In this document: positions 22,701 to 32,274 of the stretch, piece after piece
Layout of the letters: each line of letters starts with the position of its first letter
How positions within the stretch are numbered: the first letter of the stretch is position 1
Assembly (NCBI RefSeq): GCF_023055435.1
Contig: NW_025963779.1
Coordinates: forward strand, 85,126,001-85,190,000
From: Haliotis rufescens
Lineage: Eukaryota
DNA length: 64,000 bases
Direction: 5' to 3'
The notes under the pieces: model-generated
What the model saw: the letters and a program-made list of their open reading frames with translations, nothing else
Database searches by the model: none
Told to the model about the DNA's origin: nothing
Translations under genes and position numbers: made by a program

Positions 22701-25700
22701 NNNNNNNNNNNNNNNNNNNNNNNNNNNNNNNNNNNNNNNNNNNNNNNNAAGATAAAGTCAATTGTTGAGTTATGTCCTCTGCATTCATCAGGATTGTTAC
22801 TGGGGATCGAACTGCATGTTTGCTGTATATGTTTCAGCCATTCAACACACTATCTCATCCCATCAAGCAAGCACAGCAGGCAGGGTACAAGTTTGCGTCA
22901 AGAGTCCTTGATGTCAACAATGTAGACGTAAGTGCCACTTTCATAATCAGCAGATTAGAGGATAACGCATCATTCATTCTTCATTAATATTGTTATCAGC
23001 ACCTGGCGTCCTTGAGAGGATATAGTGATCAGTTTGTCATATCTTTTCACAAGTTCTTGCATCCTGGTCAACCTAGTTGTAAAGTGGGATGCTTGCACTT
23101 TGTCAATTTTCTATTTGGGGCAATATTATCCTGAAGATGCACAAAGACACAACAGGCTCTGCACAGATTCATGAGGTTCACAATTTTATGCCTAAGTATT
23201 ATGCAGATTGGTGACTATCGAACAAGGAAGCTTTAAGTCTGGCCTTTTAGTGTTGGTGGGACTCTGAGGGGAATCTGTTTTAAGCCAGGATGTAGTCAGT
23301 CTATGGACATATTGCAGTGTTAGCCTTCACTCGGGGAGGTTGGGTAGCCTAGTGGTTAAAGCATTCGATCGTCAAGCCAAAGACCCGGGTTCGATTCCCG
23401 ACATGGGTACAATGTGTGAAGCCCATTTCTGGTGTCCCCTGTCGTGACATTGCTGGAATATTGCTAAAAGCTGTGTAAAACCATACTCACTCACACCCTT
23501 CACTCACCTGTCTCTGGGAGTTGGTGTAGGGGTTCATGAAATATAAATTGTTATGATCGGTAGTCAGAAGAATATCAGCTTTGAAAAATGACTGCCAGAT
23601 AAAGGATGGTTTGGGAACCAAGACGTGACACTCCAACACACTCGAAACATTGCACGTGGACCATGCAGTTCCTATTTGAACATGCAGTGAAAGGTTGTCA
23701 AATTGCTCTTGAGCCATTAGTATTGTTGATTTTCATTATCCACAGTTACATGTAAGTTCTCTACTGCTGCTTTAACGCAGTATTTGTGATCAGATTGGGA
23801 ATGCATCGCCTACAATGTGGCTAAGGGCTATTGGCATACTTCACACTGGTAGAGCTCATCGAGAGGTAGACAATATGTTCAATGTGTCGCAGTCTGTGAT
23901 TTGCAGACTTTGGAACAGATTTCTGCAGACACTAAATGTTGAAGATTGGCCATGCACAGATTGCGCTAGGTCAACAACGCTAGTCCAGGATTGATTAATC
24001 AGAAAACAGGCTTTAAGAATTGTGTCAAAATAACCAATCACATTGCTGTTCACTTGCGCCAGGCCACCAGACTTCAACTTTCTGACCAGAGGATTAGAAA
24101 TCAATTGCATGCAGCTAATCATGTACCATCATTAACAAAACCAGACGCCAATGGTGTTTTGAGCCATTTTTGATAGGTGTGGACGTGTCTGGAGCCACCC
24201 TAACGAATTCTTGCGAACGTCAACATAAGGCAACATGACAGATTTAGGGTTGGTTCTGTACTGATATGGAGCAGGATCACTATGACCACCATCCGTTACG
24301 TTGACTGGACTGATCCAGGTGCTGCAAGAGATGACAAGACTTCCTCAAATCGTCATTGGGAGATTGATTAGGACCATGCCATGTATTAACATTGTTTAGC
24401 TAATCATAGGGGCATGACCCATTATTAATCAAGACAACGGTCATTTCATGATTTCACTCTCCTGTTGTCTTTCCTGGTTGTTTGCACCCTTACACTACAC
24501 CGCCAACATGTACTGTTGATTCTCATGTTACACCATGTCCTCCCCTTGTCTTATCCGTCCATTACCATCACTCTGTTTCTCTTTCTATTTCTATCATCAT
24601 GTTATTTTCGAATATGACCTACATTTTGGAGATATTATATAAAATGTTATGGTGTTCTCTCCTGAAATCATGTTCTCATGTGATTTGTACATTACTGCCT
24701 GCCTGACAACAGGTTATTTCTTGCGAAGGTAAAAAAAGTGATTTGTTTTGTTCCAGCGTAATTAATATTAGAAGTTCAAATCATAAAACAATTATAGCCT
24801 TTGATTTTATTTAAAGAAAATAAGGTACAGAATTTTGTCAGACGTCTCAAATACAGAATACAGAATTTTGTCAGTCATCTCAAATGGAAATAATTGCTAT
24901 TAGTTTGCTGATGCACAACATGATGTCAAGCCATGTGAACTCTGTTGAGGGGAGATAACTCTGTAGTTACTCTAAGACATTTCATTTACCTTGAGTGTTT
25001 GATGCTCTGTGTTGACTCTCATAGGGTCACTTTGTATTTCATCTCCAAGTGAATGTTCGTTTTACAGGTTGTAGCTGGTAAGATCATGGACCAGGGTCCA
25101 GTCTTGGTGATCAGCTTCAACGCCCAGCAGATCATGGTGGTCAAAGACAAGATGGACAAAGTAGTGGAGGGAAACCCAGTAAGTACTGGTTGCCTGGTTA
25201 GTGTACTGGTTGCCTGGTTAGTGTACCGGTTGCCTGGTTAGTGTATTGGTTGCCTGGTTAGTGTACTGGTTGCCTGGTTAGTGTACTGGTTGCCTGGTTA
25301 GTGTATTGGTTGCCTGGTTAGTGTATTGGTTGCCTGGTTAGTGTGCTGGTTGCCTGGTTAGTGTATTGGTTGCCTGGTTAGTGTACTGGTTGCCTGGTTA
25401 GTGTACCGGTTGCTTGGTTAGTGTACTGGTTGCCTGGTTAGTGCACTGGTTGCCTGGTTAGTGTACTGAATACCGGCCTAGTGTATTAGTTGCCTGGTTA
25501 GTGTACTGGTTGCCTGGTTACTGTGCTGGTTGCCTGGTTAGTGGATTGGTTGCCTGGTTAGTGTACTGGTTGCCTGGTTAGTGTGCTGGTTGCCTGGTTA
25601 GTGTACTGGTTGCCTTGTTACTGTGCTGGTTGCCTGGTTAGTGGATTGGTTGCCTTGTTGGTGTGTTCTGGTTGCCTGGTTAGTGGGCTGGTTGCCTGGT

Positions 25701-28700
25701 TATGTACTGGTTGCCTGGTTAGTGTACTGGTTGCCTGGCTAGTGTGCTGGTTGCCTGGTTAGTGTATTGGTTGCCTGGTCAGTGTACTGGCTGCCTGGTT
25801 AGTGTACCTGTTGCCTGGTTAGTGTACTTGTTGCCTGGTTAGTTACCTGTTGCCTGGTTATTGTGCTGGTTGCCTGGTTAGTGTACTTGTTGCCTGGTTA
25901 GTGTACCTGTTGCCTGGTTTGTGTACTGGTTGCCTGGTTAGTGTGCTGGTTGCCTGGTTAGTGTGTACTGGCTGCCTGGTTAGTGTGCTGGTTGCCTGGT
26001 TAGTGTGCTGGTTGCCTGGTTAGTGTACTGGTTGCCTGGTTAGTGTACCTGTTGCCTGGTTTGTGTACTGGTTGCCTGGTTAGTGTGTATGGTTGCCTGG
26101 TTAGTGTATTGGTTGTCTGGTTAGTGTACTGGTTGCCTGGTTAGTGTACTGGTTGCCTGGTTAGTGGATTGGTTGCCTGGTTAGTGTACTGGTTGCCTGG
26201 TTAGTGTGCTGGTTGCCTGGTTAGTGTACTGGTTGCCTGGTTACTGTGCTGGTTGCCTGGTTAGTGGATTGGTTGCCTGGTTAGTGTACTGGTTGCCTGG
26301 TTAGTGGGCTGGTTGCCTGGTTAGTGTACTTGTTGCCTGGTTAGTGAACTGGTTGCCTGGTTAGTGTACTGGTTGCCTGGTTAGTGTGCTGGTTGCCTGG
26401 TTAGTGTACTGGTTGCCTGGTTACTGTGCTGGTTGCCTGGTTAGTGGATTGGTTGCCTGGTTAGTGTACTGGTTGCCTGGTAAGTGGGCTGGTTGCCTGG
26501 TTAGTGTACTTGTTGCCTGGTTAGTGAACTGGTTGCCTGGTTGGTGTGTTCTGGTTGCCTGGTTAGTGGGCTGGTTGCCTGGTTAGTGTACTGGTTGCCT
26601 GGTTAGTGTGCTGGTTGCCTGGTTAGTGTACTGGTTGCCTGGTTAGTGGGCTGGTTGCCTGGTTAGTGTGCTGGTTGCCTGGTTAGTGTACTTGTTGCCT
26701 GGTTAGTGTACCTGTTGCCTGGTTAGTGTACCTGTTGCCTGGTTAGTGTACTGGTTGCCTGGTTATCCCCCGCCGCGCGAAAGCGCGAAGCGGGGGATAT
26801 AGTATTCACGACCGTCCGTCCGTACGTCTGTACGTCCCACCTGTTTGTTGCCGCGATATCTCAAGAACTAAACACTGGATTGTCTTCATATTTGGAACTA
26901 TGGTGTATATACAGACTCCGCAGACACCAGTCGGTTTTGGTGACCTTGACCCCGTTTTCAAGGTCACAGCAGGCATATCTGCTTTTGGAGTTGGAAAACG
27001 GTGTTGCCGCGATATCTCAAGAACTAAACACTGGATTGTCTTCATATTTGGAACTATGGTGTATATACAGACTCCGCAGACACCAGTCGGTTTTGGTTAC
27101 CTTGATCCCATTTTCAAGGTCACAGCAGGCAAATCTGCTTTTAGAGTTGGAAAACGGTGTTGCCGCGATATCTCAAGAACTAAACACTGGATTGTCTTCA
27201 TATTTGGAACTATGGTGTATATACAGACTCCGCAGACACCAGTCGGTTTTGGTGACCTTGATCCCATTTTCAAGGTCACAGCAGACAAATCTGTTTTTAG
27301 AGTTGGAAAACGGTGTTGCCGCGATATCTCAAGAACTAAACACTGGATTGTCTTCATATTTGGAACTATGGTGTATATACAGACTCCGCAGACACCAGTC
27401 GGTTTTGGTGACCTTGATCCCATTTTCAAGGTCACAGCAGGCAAATCTGCTTTTGGAGTTGGAAAACGGTGTTGCCGCGATATCTCAAGAACTAAACACT
27501 GGATTGTCTTCATATTTGGAACTATGGTGTATATACAGACACCGCAGACACCAGTCGGTTTTGGTGACCTTGACCCCATTGTCAAGGTCACAGCAGGCAA
27601 ATCTGCTTTTGGAGTTAGAAAACGGTGTTGCCGCGATATCTCAAGAACTAATCGCTGGATTGTCTTCATATTTGGAACTATAGTGTATATACAGACACCG
27701 CATACACCTGTCAGATTTGGTGACCTTGACCCCATTTTCAAGGTCACAGCAGGCAAATCTGTTTTTGGAGTTGGAAAACGGTGTTGCCACAATATCTCAA
27801 GAACTTATCGCTGGATTGTCTTCATATTTGGTACTATGGTGTACAGGCGGGGGATATTTCGTCACTCTGTGACAAATACTTGTTTGTGTACTGGTTGCCT
27901 GGTTACTGTGCTGGTTGCCTGGTTAGTGGATTGGTTGCCTGCTTAGTGTACTGGTTGCCTGGTTACTGTGCTGGTTGCCTGGTTAGTGGATTGGTTGCCT
28001 GCTTAGTGTACTGGTTGCCTGCTTAGTGTACTGGTTGCCTGGTTAGTGTGCTGGTTGCCTGGTTAGTGTGCTGGTTGCCTGGTTAGTGTACTTGTTGCCT
28101 GGTTAGTGTACTTGTTGCCTGGTTAGTGTACTGGCTGCCTGGTTAGTGTACTGGTTGCCTGGTCACTGTACTGGTTGCCTGGTTAGTGTACTGGTTGCCT
28201 GGTTAATGTACTGGTTGCCTTGTTAGTGAATTGGTTGCCTGGTCACTATACTGGTTGCCTGGTTAGTGTACTGGTTGCCTTGTTAGTGAACTGGTTGCCT
28301 GGTCACTGTACTGGTTGCCTGGTTAGTGTACTGGTTGCCTGGTTAGTGTACTGGTTGCCTTGTTAGTGAACTGGTTGCCTGGTCACTGTACTGGTTGCCT
28401 GGTCACTGTACTGGTTGCCTTGTTAGTGAACTGGTTGCCTGGTCACTGTACTGGTTGCCTGGTTAGTGAACTGGTTGCCTGGTCACTGTACTGGTTGCCT
28501 GGTTAGTGTACTGGTTGCCTGGTTAGTGTACTGGTTGCCTTGTTAGTGAACTGGTTGCCTGGTCACTGTACTGGTTGCCTGGTTAGTGAACTGGTTGCCT
28601 GGTCACTGTACTGGTTGCCTAGTTAGTGTACTGGTTGCCTGGTTAATGTATTGCTTGCATGGAGTTTGTAGTTAGTCCTGCTTGAACAAGACAAATATGC

Positions 28701-29105
28701 TTACTATGTTTGCATTTTCTATCATATTTATTCAGATCCATTTATAGCAAAATTGAAGCTTTTAGAACAGGTTCAGAGTCAAATCCCTCAAATGCTACTA
28801 GTCAATGGGGACTGCCATCATTGAATTTTTACTTGTCCTTGGCACTATTTTATAGTTTCGGGCAAGCGAATTAGCGTGAATTTCGAAGGCTGATCACTAG
28901 TTATTAATAGTAGGGACACAAAGTGTAGCTGTGATAAGTGTTGTGTCATATAATGTTGTGTCATATAATGTTGTGTTTCTCCCAGGACAAGATCATGCGG
29001 ATACTGTACGTCTGGGCGTTGTGTCGCGACCAGGAAGAGATCAATCCCCGCGCTGCCTGGAAACTCATGGACCTCTCCGCCAGCACGTCTGAACAGTGGT
29101 TGTGA
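4720..29105 (+). CDS. TIMM44: Mitochondrial import inner membrane translocase subunit TIM44; 15 coding exons, 456 aa
   Basis: join(4720-4776,7088-7186,9475-9564,9653-9730,10100-10180,10968-11117,11991-12060,12515-12584,12755-12840,13258-13350,15522-15646,16307-16357,22838-22927,25068-25178,28986-29105). All introns GT-AG with consistent phases; 1371 nt. Motifs NIKQEIAKNKEMKENLKKF, LHKDSKWFQSWQNFKDNN, YDESDN, FSKTEMSEVL, LEVLKDWC, QGPVLVISF, YVWALCRDQEEINPRAAWKL. Exons 1-2 (presequence) are less certain. Confidence 0.95.
5194..5286 (-). other. tRNA-like sequence (pseudo-tRNA or orphan SINE head)
   Basis: Minus strand gcgcctgTGGTCCAGTGGtagagc...GTTCGAGCCCccacagcgc. The anticodon arm is replaced by the hairpin gctaattaa-cgca-ttaattagc. 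Confidence 0.5.
5529..5700. repeat. Degenerate tandem repeat, ~47 bp x ~3.7
   Basis: Unit ccctaagaccgaaaacgggtgttggatcgtaaagacatgtaagttt. Confidence 0.85.
5772..5940 (-). mobile_element. tRNA-derived SINE family B, full length
   Basis: A and B boxes, (gagt)n tail, TSD atgactatagcg at 5760-5771 and 5941-5952. Confidence 0.92.
6411..6678 (+). mobile_element. SINE family C, diverged copy
   Basis: Colinear with 3574-3858. Confidence 0.85.
6745..6962 (+). mobile_element. SINE family A, slightly 5'-truncated
   Basis: 14-bp TSD attgtacatgttgt at 6731-6744 and 6963-6976. Confidence 0.9.
7088..7186 (+). CDS. TIMM44: TIMM44 exon 2
   Basis: tttacag| 99 nt open |gtagtc, phase 0/0. Confidence 0.7.
7200..9310. 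repeat. 32-bp minisatellite, ~65 copies (TIMM44 intron 2)
   Basis: Unit caatacaagctagggccatacacgctggagtc. Confidence 0.97.
9475..9564 (+). CDS. TIMM44: TIMM44 exon 3
   Basis: SRAMSGGRRSFIAQFVDNIKQEIAKNKEMK; AG/GT boundaries. Confidence 0.92.
9653..9730 (+). CDS. TIMM44: TIMM44 exon 4
   Basis: ENLKKFKEETEKLEQSDAIRKARQKF. Confidence 0.93.
10100..10180 (+). CDS. TIMM44: TIMM44 exon 5
   Basis: ENIEAETTKSSQVLKKTFGDIKGKMSD. Confidence 0.93.
10191..10756. repeat. 44-bp minisatellite, ~13 copies (TIMM44 intron 5)
   Basis: Unit ggtagtaggttagaggggtccacatagtctccaggctaacaaca. Confidence 0.97.
10968..11117 (+). CDS. TIMM44: TIMM44 exon 6
   Basis: TLDEVQKTEF...GKSATFKSISE. Confidence 0.93.
11370..11907. 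repeat. 96-bp tandem repeat, ~5.6 copies (TIMM44 intron 6)
   Basis: tgtacagaagggttcacag recurs at 11376, 11472, 11568 and onward. Confidence 0.95.
11991..12060 (+). CDS. TIMM44: TIMM44 exon 7
   Basis: GVKAVKEEFDEATLSRAKHYKAP, phase 0/1. Confidence 0.93.
12515..12584 (+). CDS. TIMM44: TIMM44 exon 8
   Basis: DKLRKRTEGMPGVPKEEKTVEANE, phase 1/2. Confidence 0.92.
12755..12840 (+). CDS. TIMM44: TIMM44 exon 9
   Basis: EATGMVLHKDSKWFQSWQNFKDNNPYVH. Confidence 0.95.
13052..13131 (+). mobile_element. 5'-truncated SINE family B
   Basis: TSD ctctactgagattt at 13038-13051 and 13132-13145. Confidence 0.85.
13258..13350 (+). CDS. TIMM44: TIMM44 exon 10
   Basis: KMFDLKVKYDESDNAMVRATRALTDKVGYLF. Confidence 0.95.
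13904..14156 (+). mobile_element. SINE family A
   Basis: TSD cacatcgcctcag at 13891-13903 and 14157-14169. Confidence 0.9.
14274..15252. repeat. 20-bp/15-bp mixed minisatellite (TIMM44 intron 10)
   Basis: Units gatgagtgaccagacagatg and gatgagtgacagatg. Directly follows a SINE B B-box fragment at 14239-14270. Confidence 0.96.
15522..15646 (+). CDS. TIMM44: TIMM44 exon 11
   Basis: GGVFSKTEMSEVLTEVCKIDPSFDKEMFVRLCEKEIIPNVLE. Confidence 0.95.
15921..16110 (+). mobile_element. Old, diverged SINE family A copy
   Basis: acccagtggggattctgggttagaatagatccccagc...gtctggtccaggcttgagtacttacagac. Confidence 0.7.
16307..16357 (+). CDS. TIMM44: TIMM44 exon 12
   Basis: AMIRGDLEVLKDWCHEG. Confidence 0.95.
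16660..16806 (+). repeat. DIRS left inverted terminal repeat (147 bp)
   Basis: Exact reverse complement of 22144-22290. Confidence 0.97.
17174..18600 (+). pseudogene. DIRS gag-like ORF1, disrupted
   Basis: MSDMDLSP..CRKFLSSRDPHDRCPRC..CILC Cys/His motif. Stop at 17672-17674, a further stop and a frameshift downstream. End position is approximate. Confidence 0.75.
18638..21394 (+). CDS. DIRS ORF3 tyrosine recombinase (YR domain ~20340-21394), overlapping ORF2 in another frame
   Basis: Catalytic set AARVSE (R), VAKNQ (K), PHEIR (HxxR), YWRSDSVFANHY (W, Y); LCPVRAL. The true start is uncertain. Confidence 0.9.
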   Translation: MALDSCACRNLSGPPLLTQWEPDSRLTGRIGNKCSTTRGWSTRFGTAIGLISKRIRRSPLPRWQVSIRKPIFPSSPMPSAGWWRRGSTGVSSTRNNTGVLLQDISRSQVGQCRTQNDSHVRSLAVHPVNHPHSGVPPQEGCPVLRVPGRLASSKSNDGHPVTPSRFRTSALGAIWVDYQSPQERVNPFSELAVHRRSVQHGVPSPLCPPRPVAQNSGDDCQSLSGATDCSLLGTAVRATCISPGLHRTGSSPTPPAATVFNPVVSNGGEQCDRRPPGSAPTASGVVDGPLHCLIRSLYAALPGHVDPVYRRLSSGLGRPSKGGGELGAVVLRRTRSSHHLSRVQGSDQRSQSLEASSRRRPAHAGDRQHDGSVLCEQTGGNPQSLATRSHVRVLRSGGQCPVPDTRPSHPRCAERTGRCSIEASGSEPHRVDAEPSSVSVAVRTFGSSDGRPVRNAVQQSTPVVCITSPGPEGHRSRCSRVRLDGLGRLCLPADSVDTTHSKPAPRSSLSNVTDRAHVAEQIVVPRLADPGHAVATSTACETGSLDPPSHPSASSKRRAVQSARVDVVTERLRSKVFSRRASRAYVSMHRDSTQKVYKARWVIFTKWCCKHHIHSPDKVSVQDIARFMSHLRETRKLSGGSIANYVSSVATVRDVAMGTSLSKEPVIRGIIKGFKQHDLKKGRLRAPAWDLSLVLQSLTEAPYEPLHSASFRHVTWKTAFLLSFATAARVSEIHALDVAKVRFDRGDEGAVRLGLLMGFVAKNQRVGQTEREFTVRSLKEILHPADTEDRALCPVRALKYYLKASNERRQGRDRLFISCNPNRTVDITRNSIALWLRSVINLAYRSRGLPVAGSNPHEIRALAATFALHSNISVRRILRGCYWRSDSVFANHYLKQVADAVVESVHRLGPRFAAQAGT
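18690..20354 (+). pseudogene. DIRS RT-RNase H-methyltransferase ORF2 with N-terminal RT lesions
   Basis: VGARL..W..DPWVVNTIRYGY; GFYSRIFLVPK*; YLDD; RNase H motifs TDAS, DNTT, HIPGVRNVLADALSR; MT motifs DLFA and AYAYPP..PMWPNRSWYP. 18984-20354 is open (456 aa). Confidence 0.9.
22011..22101. repeat. DIRS internal complementary region (ICR)
   Basis: 22011-22053 is complementary to the left end and 22049-22101 to the right end; they overlap at aattt. Confidence 0.95.
22144..22323 (+). repeat. DIRS right ITR plus 3' extension
   Basis: ITR to 22290, then tagaatattccgaataggaaaattctacaaatt. Confidence 0.95.
22601..22748. other. Assembly gap
   Basis: Run of N. Confidence 1.
22838..22927 (+). CDS. 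TIMM44: TIMM44 exon 13
   Basis: PFNTLSHPIKQAQQAGYKFASRVLDVNNVD. Confidence 0.95.
23333..23495 (+). mobile_element. SINE family B, full length
   Basis: ggggaggttgggtagcctagtggttaaagc...ggttcgattccc...accatactcactcac. Confidence 0.9.
23801..24428 (+). pseudogene. Decayed, internally deleted Tc1-like transposase
   Basis: RAIGILHTGRAHREV..FNVSQSVICRLWNRFLQT (paired-like HTH), GSVLIWSRI, C-terminal G..THY*. Confidence 0.75.
25068..25178 (+). CDS. TIMM44: TIMM44 exon 14
   Basis: VVAGKIMDQGPVLVISFNAQQIMVVKDKMDKVVEGNP. Confidence 0.95.
25183..28650. repeat. 20-bp minisatellite, >100 copies (TIMM44 intron 14), split by a Helentron-type element
   Basis: Unit gtgtactggttgcctggtta. Confidence 0.97.
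26765..27884 (+). mobile_element. Non-autonomous Helentron-type element (HINE) with a central 156-bp tandem array (~6.4 copies)
   Basis: 5' subterminal hairpin atcccccgcc..gcgggggat, (gtcc)n microsatellite, units at 26850/27006/27162 etc., 3' ggcgggggata plus stem-loop gtcac-tct-gtgac, inserted at TT. Confidence 0.85.
28986..29105 (+). CDS. TIMM44: TIMM44 exon 15 (last coding exon)
   Basis: DKIMRILYVWALCRDQEEINPRAAWKLMDLSASTSEQWL*. Confidence 0.95.
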   Translation, partial: DKIMRILYVWALCRDQEEINPRAAWKLMDLSASTSEQWL

Positions 29106-31392
29106 GGAAAACAGCATCACCGATCCGCAGATGGATGCCATTTGAAACAGATGTTGACAATGTGTCTCAGTAGTGTGCCATGAAGACAAGTGTCAGCACC
29201 ATGCAAGGAAATAGTAGGCCTGATGCAGATTAAATTATGTGAATTATGCTTGTGAGAAGTGTGTGACTTCATTGTGTCATGGACACCCGTAGAGAGATGG
29301 ACATTCAAAGTGCTACAACATTGAAGACGTTAAGTCAGCAGTCCTGCTAAAAGCTACACAAGTATTTCTGTTTTCAGATTGTGTGATTCAAGCATGGTAC
29401 ACCTGTGCTTATGGTGGCAGTGCAAAAAAGGAAGTTACCCTTAACATGGTTTATGATGGCGTGTGTTGTTTACAGAGGCATTACTGACACAACTGGAGCT
29501 AATCTTGGGGGACATACAGACACTCGAATAACGCTCCATGGACACGTACTTTACCAGAACGGCAGGATGACTGCTCTGAGTGATGGTTCGGGATATATAG
29601 GACAGAGGCAGAAGTTGCACTATAATGGATAACATGGCAGACAGAAATGATTATACACCAAACACATGCATGTGTGTTTATCATGGTCCTCGACAGTTGG
29701 GTTAATACATGTATGCAGAAAAATAAGAGGAATAGTCCTCCACCCCTCTCCCAATGCAGCATTCGATTGGCGTATCTCCCATACTTTAACATAGACTTGT
29801 GACAGTCCTTGTTCTAAAACTTCTTTATGAAACGGGGCGTGAAGTGTCATTAGAATGTTTCACAAGGATGTGAAGTAACATGAGGGATTATCATGCAGAC
29901 TCCCGGAAGCAATGCACCCAGTACCCAACAAAGGGGGAACCAGACGTAGACTAAAGTATAGAAGGAAGTGATGTACCCAGGTGCCATGTGACTCGATAAC
30001 TAACATTAATTCATGAATTGTCTTCCAGGAAAGAAGACTGAAAAACTGCCTCAAAAATCAAACAAAGAATAAATAAGAGTGACTGGAAAGTGGACAGTAC
30101 AAAAATTTAAATATGACAGATGAAGGTGTGTTCAGAAACAAATTGTAGGTACCGATAGTTGTCTCTCTCTTGTCGGAGAGTAGAAATTATATGTTTCTAC
30201 CCCAATGGTTTCAAGGTTTAAATGTAATTGTGAGATAGTGTGAAATGTTGATGACAATGAGTTGATGGTAAAATACAAAACAATATTGTGTCACCTTTCA
30301 TCAGTGTTGAACTTTTTTCTCTTCTTACCTTGAGGCAGGGAGATATTGCCATGGGGGAAACGTGTTGTTCCAGATCTTGTGTATTGGGACAAGTAAATTT
30401 TAGTTTTGTTCTTCTCAAATTCTGATAAGGACATTATATTTATTTAGTGGGTTTATGAACTGAAATTAGAAAAAAAGTTTTTTTACCATTTTATTGTTTT
30501 GCTGACAAGTCTTTGATGGGCATTTCGAAGTTGGAAGAACATTTCATGGATAGCATTTCTTTTATTCTGTTTTACAATTAGGTGAAATGAAGAAACCTAG
30601 AGATTTTATCACGGCTGTTCATAACAAATGGTAATTAATACATATAAAAATCTTTTTCTAATGAAAAAAAGCATCAAATATCTTTCTGTATTTTGCTAAG
30701 TTAAAACATGTTTTTTTTCATTCATTTGTAACAGTACCAATCTGAACAACAATTCGACCAACTACCTTCAATTTTAGGCCCAAAACTTTGTAAACCAACT
30801 AACAGAAAATAAAAAGGATTTTTTTTTGGGGGGGGGGGACAAATGATTTGGTGCAATCATTTTCATAAATATTATTCAAAGACTTATGAGTGTTAGCATG
30901 GTTACGAAGTTAATCAGCCTTGTCAACAAAGAGTGCTGAAACATATAATACAGGTGTATGTTGTGCAACTGATTGTACATAGACAATGTAATAAAATATT
31001 TTACATACAGTTGTTTGATTTGTGTTCTGGAAACCTGAGAAGGAGACGGCATATTGACCTGGATAATCATGTCATTGTGTCCCAGCAATACACTCTCTGT
31101 ACACCGACCAACTGGCAGGAAACACATCTACTGGGTGGATGTATGTTCGGATTTGGAGCAGGTTTAGTTTAAATCTGCTTGAAAAGTATTTGACTTCTAT
31201 CATGGTGTGTTGTCAATATATGGGATGAAAGCCCAAGATGACATCAGTGTTTCCGCTGGCTCTTTACATTGCTAGTCCCAGTGGACTGGCATCTCCAAAA
31301 AATACCAGACCCCTACAATTTGTGTCAGTCCCAACTTTGAATACACACCAAAAAAATTATGGTTTTTTTTGGCCAACATCATGTTCAATTCT

Positions 31393-31540
31393 CAATCTCA
31401 TTAAAATCAGATCTTAGTTCTCGCTGCCGCTAAACAAATTTTGTCTCAAACACAAGTGAAATATTCCAGGGGAAAAAGAGAAAGTTGTGATTGAAATTTG
31501 TGCGAATGAGGTGTAGATCTCTTTGATTTTAATGAGATTG
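31393..31540. mobile_element. MITE of the 822-912 family with an 81-bp internal foreign segment
   Basis: Same termini. 10-bp TSD gttcaattct at 31383-31392 and 31541-31550. Confidence 0.88.
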
Positions 31541-32274
31541 GTTCAATTCTCTGTATGTTGATGGGCACCATATTCAATGATGTTATCCCTGAAATAACTT
31601 AGATCTACACCTCATTCGCACAAATTTCAATCACATTTTTCTCTTTTTCCCCTGGAATATTTCACTTGTGTTTGAGACAAAGTTGCTACAAATTGATATT
31701 TAACCTCGAAGAAAAGCAAAATGTTATTTCCTTGCTCAAAACATAGACAATGGGACCTTATCCACAGGGTCTGGCAGTCCCATGAATTACCGCACCAAGC
31801 CTAATTTTATCGGTAATAATCTGGTCATCACCGGTAAACCAGAACACTGTGACAATGGTCGTAAAAGAGGAGGGGTTACTAAGCCGACAGACCCACATCC
31901 AAGGGACATAACTCTGCACAGTGAATTCTGGCAGTAAGGTGTAGAAGTATTGCAAAGACTTACTATATTTGTTTGTCAATGAAATGGTAATGTGGTAGTG
32001 GGGAGTTTCAGTGAGTGTTGGATAATGAGAGGATACTCTCACCTGAACTCACAAATGAACCAATTCACCAACGATGTTTATTTAGCTCAAAATATGTTAG
32101 GTCATACAGGATGTCAACATTTCTGATTTTTTCATTTGACAATAAATATTACCAGCTTGGATCATAGAGGCTTCACTAGGTAAGTAACATCTAGGTCATC
32201 GCAGTATAACACAAAAACAGACAATATATAGACAGTTTATTTACAAGTCCTCCGCCATTTTCACAAGTCATTGT

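Noticed and set aside
26880-27946. 267-, 348- and 231-aa repetitive ORFs
   Set aside because: They result from the 156-bp (52-codon) unit of a non-autonomous element; no domain similarity seen.
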